From Candidatus Aenigmatarchaeota archaeon (GTDB lineage Archaea > EX4484-52): a DNA stretch of 32,088 nucleotides. Below, piece by piece: positions 29,213 through 32,088 of this stretch. The notes below the pieces were generated by a model that ran no database searches, was not told where the DNA came from, and saw only the letters and a program-made list of their open reading frames with translations. Position numbers and translations under genes: made by a program. The stretch covers positions 1 to 32,088 of the forward strand of contig JAGLPV010000014.1 in assembly GCA_023137195.1 (NCBI GenBank), in the 5' to 3' direction. The first letter of the stretch is position 1. The number at the start of each line of letters is the position of its first letter.

Positions 29213-30547
29213 TTATCTAATTACTTCCCAATGACCGCCTTTATCCGGACCAATTCTTTTCAGCACTCCTTTTTGCTTTAATTTTGAAATATTGTTTTCG
29301 ATAGCAGTAGTTCCTATTTCTAGTTTTTTGGTCATTTGATTGATTGTAATTGAGTTGTCTTTATCGATAAGTTCAAGAATTTTCTTCTCATTTTCTCCCC
29401 ACTTTTCTCCCCACTTTTCTCCCCACTTTTCTATTTTTATGGGTGCCATATTCCTCTGAAACACAACGGTAAATCCACTTTTGATTATCTTGAATTCCAC
29501 TTCAACATTCGCTTTTTTGCATTCATCACAAATTCTCTTTAATCCGGAACCCCATTGCTCTATGTCTTTGCTGAAATAGAGAGTATTTGCAATGAGAGGA
29601 TTTCTTAAAATTGATTTTTCTTTCCCTTCAATAAAATCGAATGGAGTGTATTCTTCAGGAAATTGCCCTGGATTGTAGATTTCTATTCTGTCTTTAAAAA
29701 ATGCAATCTCATTTCCTTTAGGATTGCTATAATCCCTGTGGCACAGGGAATTAATTATGCTTTCAGTTATTGCTCTTAGAGGCACTTCAGGAATTTCTTC
29801 TCTTCCGTTTCCTGTAAGTTCAGCTCTCCAGTTCATATGTTCTTTGATATATGATTCAGACTGTTTTATTAACTCAAAAACATTTCCTTTAAACCGGCGA
29901 ATATCCAAGAAAGTGAGTTTATCCTCCCCTGCAAAAACTGCTGCCTGAACTTCTGCGAAATTGTTATCACAGAATAATATTTCTGTCGCTCTTATTGGCT
30001 TTCCATCTTTGAGCAGATTTAATTTATTTAAAGTATCTCTAATATTTGTAAATTCAAAATCAATTCTTTTTACGGCATTTGCTTTTGTTATAAATTCTTC
30101 CAATGTTTTTTTGTTGACATCATCAATTGTTTTTTCTGAAAAACCGCTTTCCCAAAGCGTCTCGTTCTTTTTTAGAATTGATTTTTCTATTTCCCTTATG
30201 CTGAGCTTTTTGTCTTCATCTCCTACACGCATGTATGGTCGACCATAAGCATAATAAAGAACATTATCCCCGGAAAAATCCACGCAAATACAATCTTTGC
30301 CGCTTAGTTTTAATTCATTTATTTTTGGATAAATTTTTGGCTCAATGTGATTAGAAATTGATCTTGTTATGTCTTTTACGGTTTGCTTGCCAATTTCCTG
30401 ACCTATAATTTCACCAGAATCTCTTATTCCAAAATATAGTTTTCCTTTTTTGTGCTTATTTAGAATAGAAACTATCGAGATTATTGCTTCTTTTAATTCA
30501 GATGTGGATTTTTTTAATTCCAGTGTTTCTGATTCTCTGTAAGTCAT
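29213..30547 (-). CDS. AlbA_2 (Schlafen-like) + HATPase_c_4 + C-terminal HTH protein ('RecG C-terminal-like' ATP-binding regulator)
   Basis: ESETLELKKS, GKLYFGIRDSG, ESIINSLCHRDY, DRIEIYNPG, RNPLIA, EQWGSGL, LKRIGPDKGGHWEV. Confidence 0.9.
   Translation of the reverse strand: MTYRESETLELKKSTSELKEAIISIVSILNKHKKGKLYFGIRDSGEIIGQEIGKQTVKDITRSISNHIEPKIYPKINELKLSGKDCICVDFSGDNVLYYAYGRPYMRVGDEDKKLSIREIEKSILKKNETLWESGFSEKTIDDVNKKTLEEFITKANAVKRIDFEFTNIRDTLNKLNLLKDGKPIRATEILFCDNNFAEVQAAVFAGEDKLTFLDIRRFKGNVFELIKQSESYIKEHMNWRAELTGNGREEIPEVPLRAITESIINSLCHRDYSNPKGNEIAFFKDRIEIYNPGQFPEEYTPFDFIEGKEKSILRNPLIANTLYFSKDIEQWGSGLKRICDECKKANVEVEFKIIKSGFTVVFQRNMAPIKIEKWGEKWGEKWGENEKKILELIDKDNSITINQMTKKLEIGTTAIENNISKLKQKGVLKRIGPDKGGHWEVIR
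29391..29432. repeat. 12-bp tandem repeat TTTTCTCCCCAC x3.5 (encodes KWGE repeats)
   Basis: Read directly from the sequence. Confidence 0.9.
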
Positions 30548-30623
30548 ATATTATTCTTTCACCAGATACTTTTAAATATTATTATTATTTTGTCTTAGAT
30601 TCTATGAACAAATTCAAATTAGT

Positions 30624-30689
30624 TTTTCTTTGATTGATTTGTGAGTTATTAAAGAAAATAGGGGTTTTGTTTAATTAGGAGGATTTTAA
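30624..30689. repeat. 66-bp imperfect direct repeat, copy A
   Basis: 57/66 identical, ungapped, to 32005-32070. Confidence 0.85.
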
Positions 30690-30720
30690 TTAACGCTGGG
30701 TTTAACTATTTTTTACTGAG

Positions 30721-30745
30721 TTAAAGAATTTGCGGAATTCTTTAA
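30721..30745. other. Inverted repeat TTAAAGAATT-N5-AATTCTTTAA downstream of the second Fic gene
   Basis: Perfect 10-bp arms; shares the TTAAAGAA word with the 66-bp repeat. Confidence 0.5.
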
Positions 30746-30831
30746 TTGGGATTTTGAAATATCCTCTTTCATCCACTATTTCATCAAAAGAACGATTTTA
30801 TATTCAGAAGGGTTTAATAAATTAATAACTT

Positions 30832-31968
30832 TTATAGCTCCAGCGTTCTCAAAATAGACTCTGCGCAATAAAGCTTGTTTCTCTCTTTTTTGTCTGCTTC
30901 AACAAGAACGCCCGTCTTTAGAAAAGAATCCACAATTATTCTTTTTGCTGTTGGGTAAGTGGTATCTAAAACATCTGCTGCTTTTGATATTGTTATGAAA
31001 GGATTATTGAAAAGACAATCAATTAAATTTATTGCCTGATTGCTCGTTGTAACTCCCTGTATTTTTTTCCTGTACTCTTCCCTGATGTCGTATAGTTTTT
31101 TTGCCCGGTTAATTGCATCTTCTGATTGGCTCTGTACGCCCAAAAGAAAGAATTTTATCAATTCTTCAAAGCATCCTTCCTGATTTACTCTCAAAAGAAG
31201 AGATTGATATTCTGTCCTGTTTTTTTCAAAATAAGCACTCAGATAAAGTAGAGGGTGCAAAATCACTTTTTTTTTGCACAACAGCAATGTTATGAGAGAC
31301 CTTCCTATCCTGCCATTCCCGTCGCAGAAAGGATGTATGGTTTCAAACTGGTAATGCATTAAAGCTGCCTGAACCAGAGAGGGAACATTATCTTCATTGA
31401 TGTAATCTTCTAGTTCTTTCATTAAACCCGGCACTTTTGCAGGCGGAGGCGGCACATAAGTGGCATCTTCCATCCTGTCTGTAAAACCTATCCAGTTTTG
31501 CACATTCCTGAATTTTCCCGGCATCTTGTTATATCCTCTGACATTATTGGACATTAGGATTAAATGCATCTTTTTTATCAAATCAAGAGTAATTCTTTCT
31601 TCTTTGGAATCAAGGGCATAGTTTAGGGCAGATATATAATTTTTCACTTCAACTACATCTTCGTCTTTGCTTTCATCATGCTGAATCTGCGATTTATACA
31701 ACTCAGAAATTGTTATTCTCGTGCCCTCTATTCTCGAACTCATTACAGCTTCCCTGTTGATGTAAGGCACAATCAACAGGTTCGGATTCGGAAGACGTTC
31801 CCCTGCACCAGAAAGTTCTCCTATCTTGTGCGTGGCTTTCGATAATAAGAGCAATAATTTGTTATCGTAATTTATGTGTGTTGGTATTTTGCATGGGATG
31901 AATGTGTAACTTTCTTCTGTTATTTTTTCTAATTTTCCGGCTTTTCCATTGAATTTTTCCAAATCCAT
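30832..31968 (-). CDS. Fic family protein (class II; Fic_N + Fic + C-terminal wHTH)
   Basis: EAVMSSRIEGT, PGKFRNVQNWIG, YVPPP, HYQFETIHPFCDGNGRIGR, LYLSAYFE, C-terminal HTH. Confidence 0.95.
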   Translation of the reverse strand: MDLEKFNGKAGKLEKITEESYTFIPCKIPTHINYDNKLLLLLSKATHKIGELSGAGERLPNPNLLIVPYINREAVMSSRIEGTRITISELYKSQIQHDESKDEDVVEVKNYISALNYALDSKEERITLDLIKKMHLILMSNNVRGYNKMPGKFRNVQNWIGFTDRMEDATYVPPPPAKVPGLMKELEDYINEDNVPSLVQAALMHYQFETIHPFCDGNGRIGRSLITLLLCKKKVILHPLLYLSAYFEKNRTEYQSLLLRVNQEGCFEELIKFFLLGVQSQSEDAINRAKKLYDIREEYRKKIQGVTTSNQAINLIDCLFNNPFITISKAADVLDTTYPTAKRIIVDSFLKTGVLVEADKKERNKLYCAESILRTLEL

Positions 31969-32004
31969 ATAATTAAATGTAAGAATGTTTTAAATATTTT
32001 GCTG

Positions 32005-32070
32005 TTTTCTTTAATTGAATGGTAAGTTATTAAAGAAAATGATGGTTTTGTTTAATTGAGAGGATTTTAA
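32005..32070. repeat. 66-bp imperfect direct repeat, copy B, with internal inverted repeat TTTTCTTTAAT-N13-ATTAAAGAAAA
   Basis: See copy A. Confidence 0.85.
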
Positions 32071-32088
32071 CTTGAGAATTCCCCACAG

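Noticed and set aside
29213-30547. True RecG helicase
   Set aside because: No SF2 helicase motifs (DExH); the architecture is AlbA_2-HATPase_c_4-HTH, which is often mislabelled RecG.
30548-30831. Classical integron attC site
   Set aside because: Could not identify paired RYYYAAC/GTTRRRY boxes enclosing a long imperfect hairpin, and no integrase is present; kept only as an unclassified repeat.

Overview
AT-rich archaeal DNA, judged from TATA-box promoters ~25-30 nt before leaderless ATGs, GGAGGTGA Shine-Dalgarno sites, a CCA-less tRNA, RbkR, archaeal RibC, an archaeosortase and a PGF-pre-PGF domain. The gene style suggests a DPANN-like anaerobe, but this is inference. In order: an unexplained structured non-coding segment; tRNA-Glu(CTC); a degenerate JAB-like ORF; bacterial-type pflBA; an AT-rich AAA ATPase/RloB defence-type pair; a six-gene riboflavin operon (rbkR-ribC-ribH-ribBA-amidohydrolase-pyrimidine reductase); an Orange-protein-like DUF134/NifB-NifX/MinD-ferredoxin/CDF cluster; an MscS-papain-like peptidase fusion; Fic; dcd; archaeosortase; NDP-sugar epimerase; a 1215-aa beta-helix surface protein; a membrane protein; rtcA; TPR and Cys-repeat surface proteins; glucan phosphorylase; an AlbA_2-type ATP-binding regulator; and a second Fic gene flanked by a 66-bp direct repeat. 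Best leads: (1) the amidohydrolase is a strong candidate for the unassigned archaeal riboflavin pyrimidine deaminase; (2) the MscS-peptidase fusion keeps an intact Cys-His-Asp triad; (3) ribC apparently starts at AUU; (4) several clean palindromes/repeats suggest operators or cassette boundaries. All calls come from motif recognition by eye; no searches were run.
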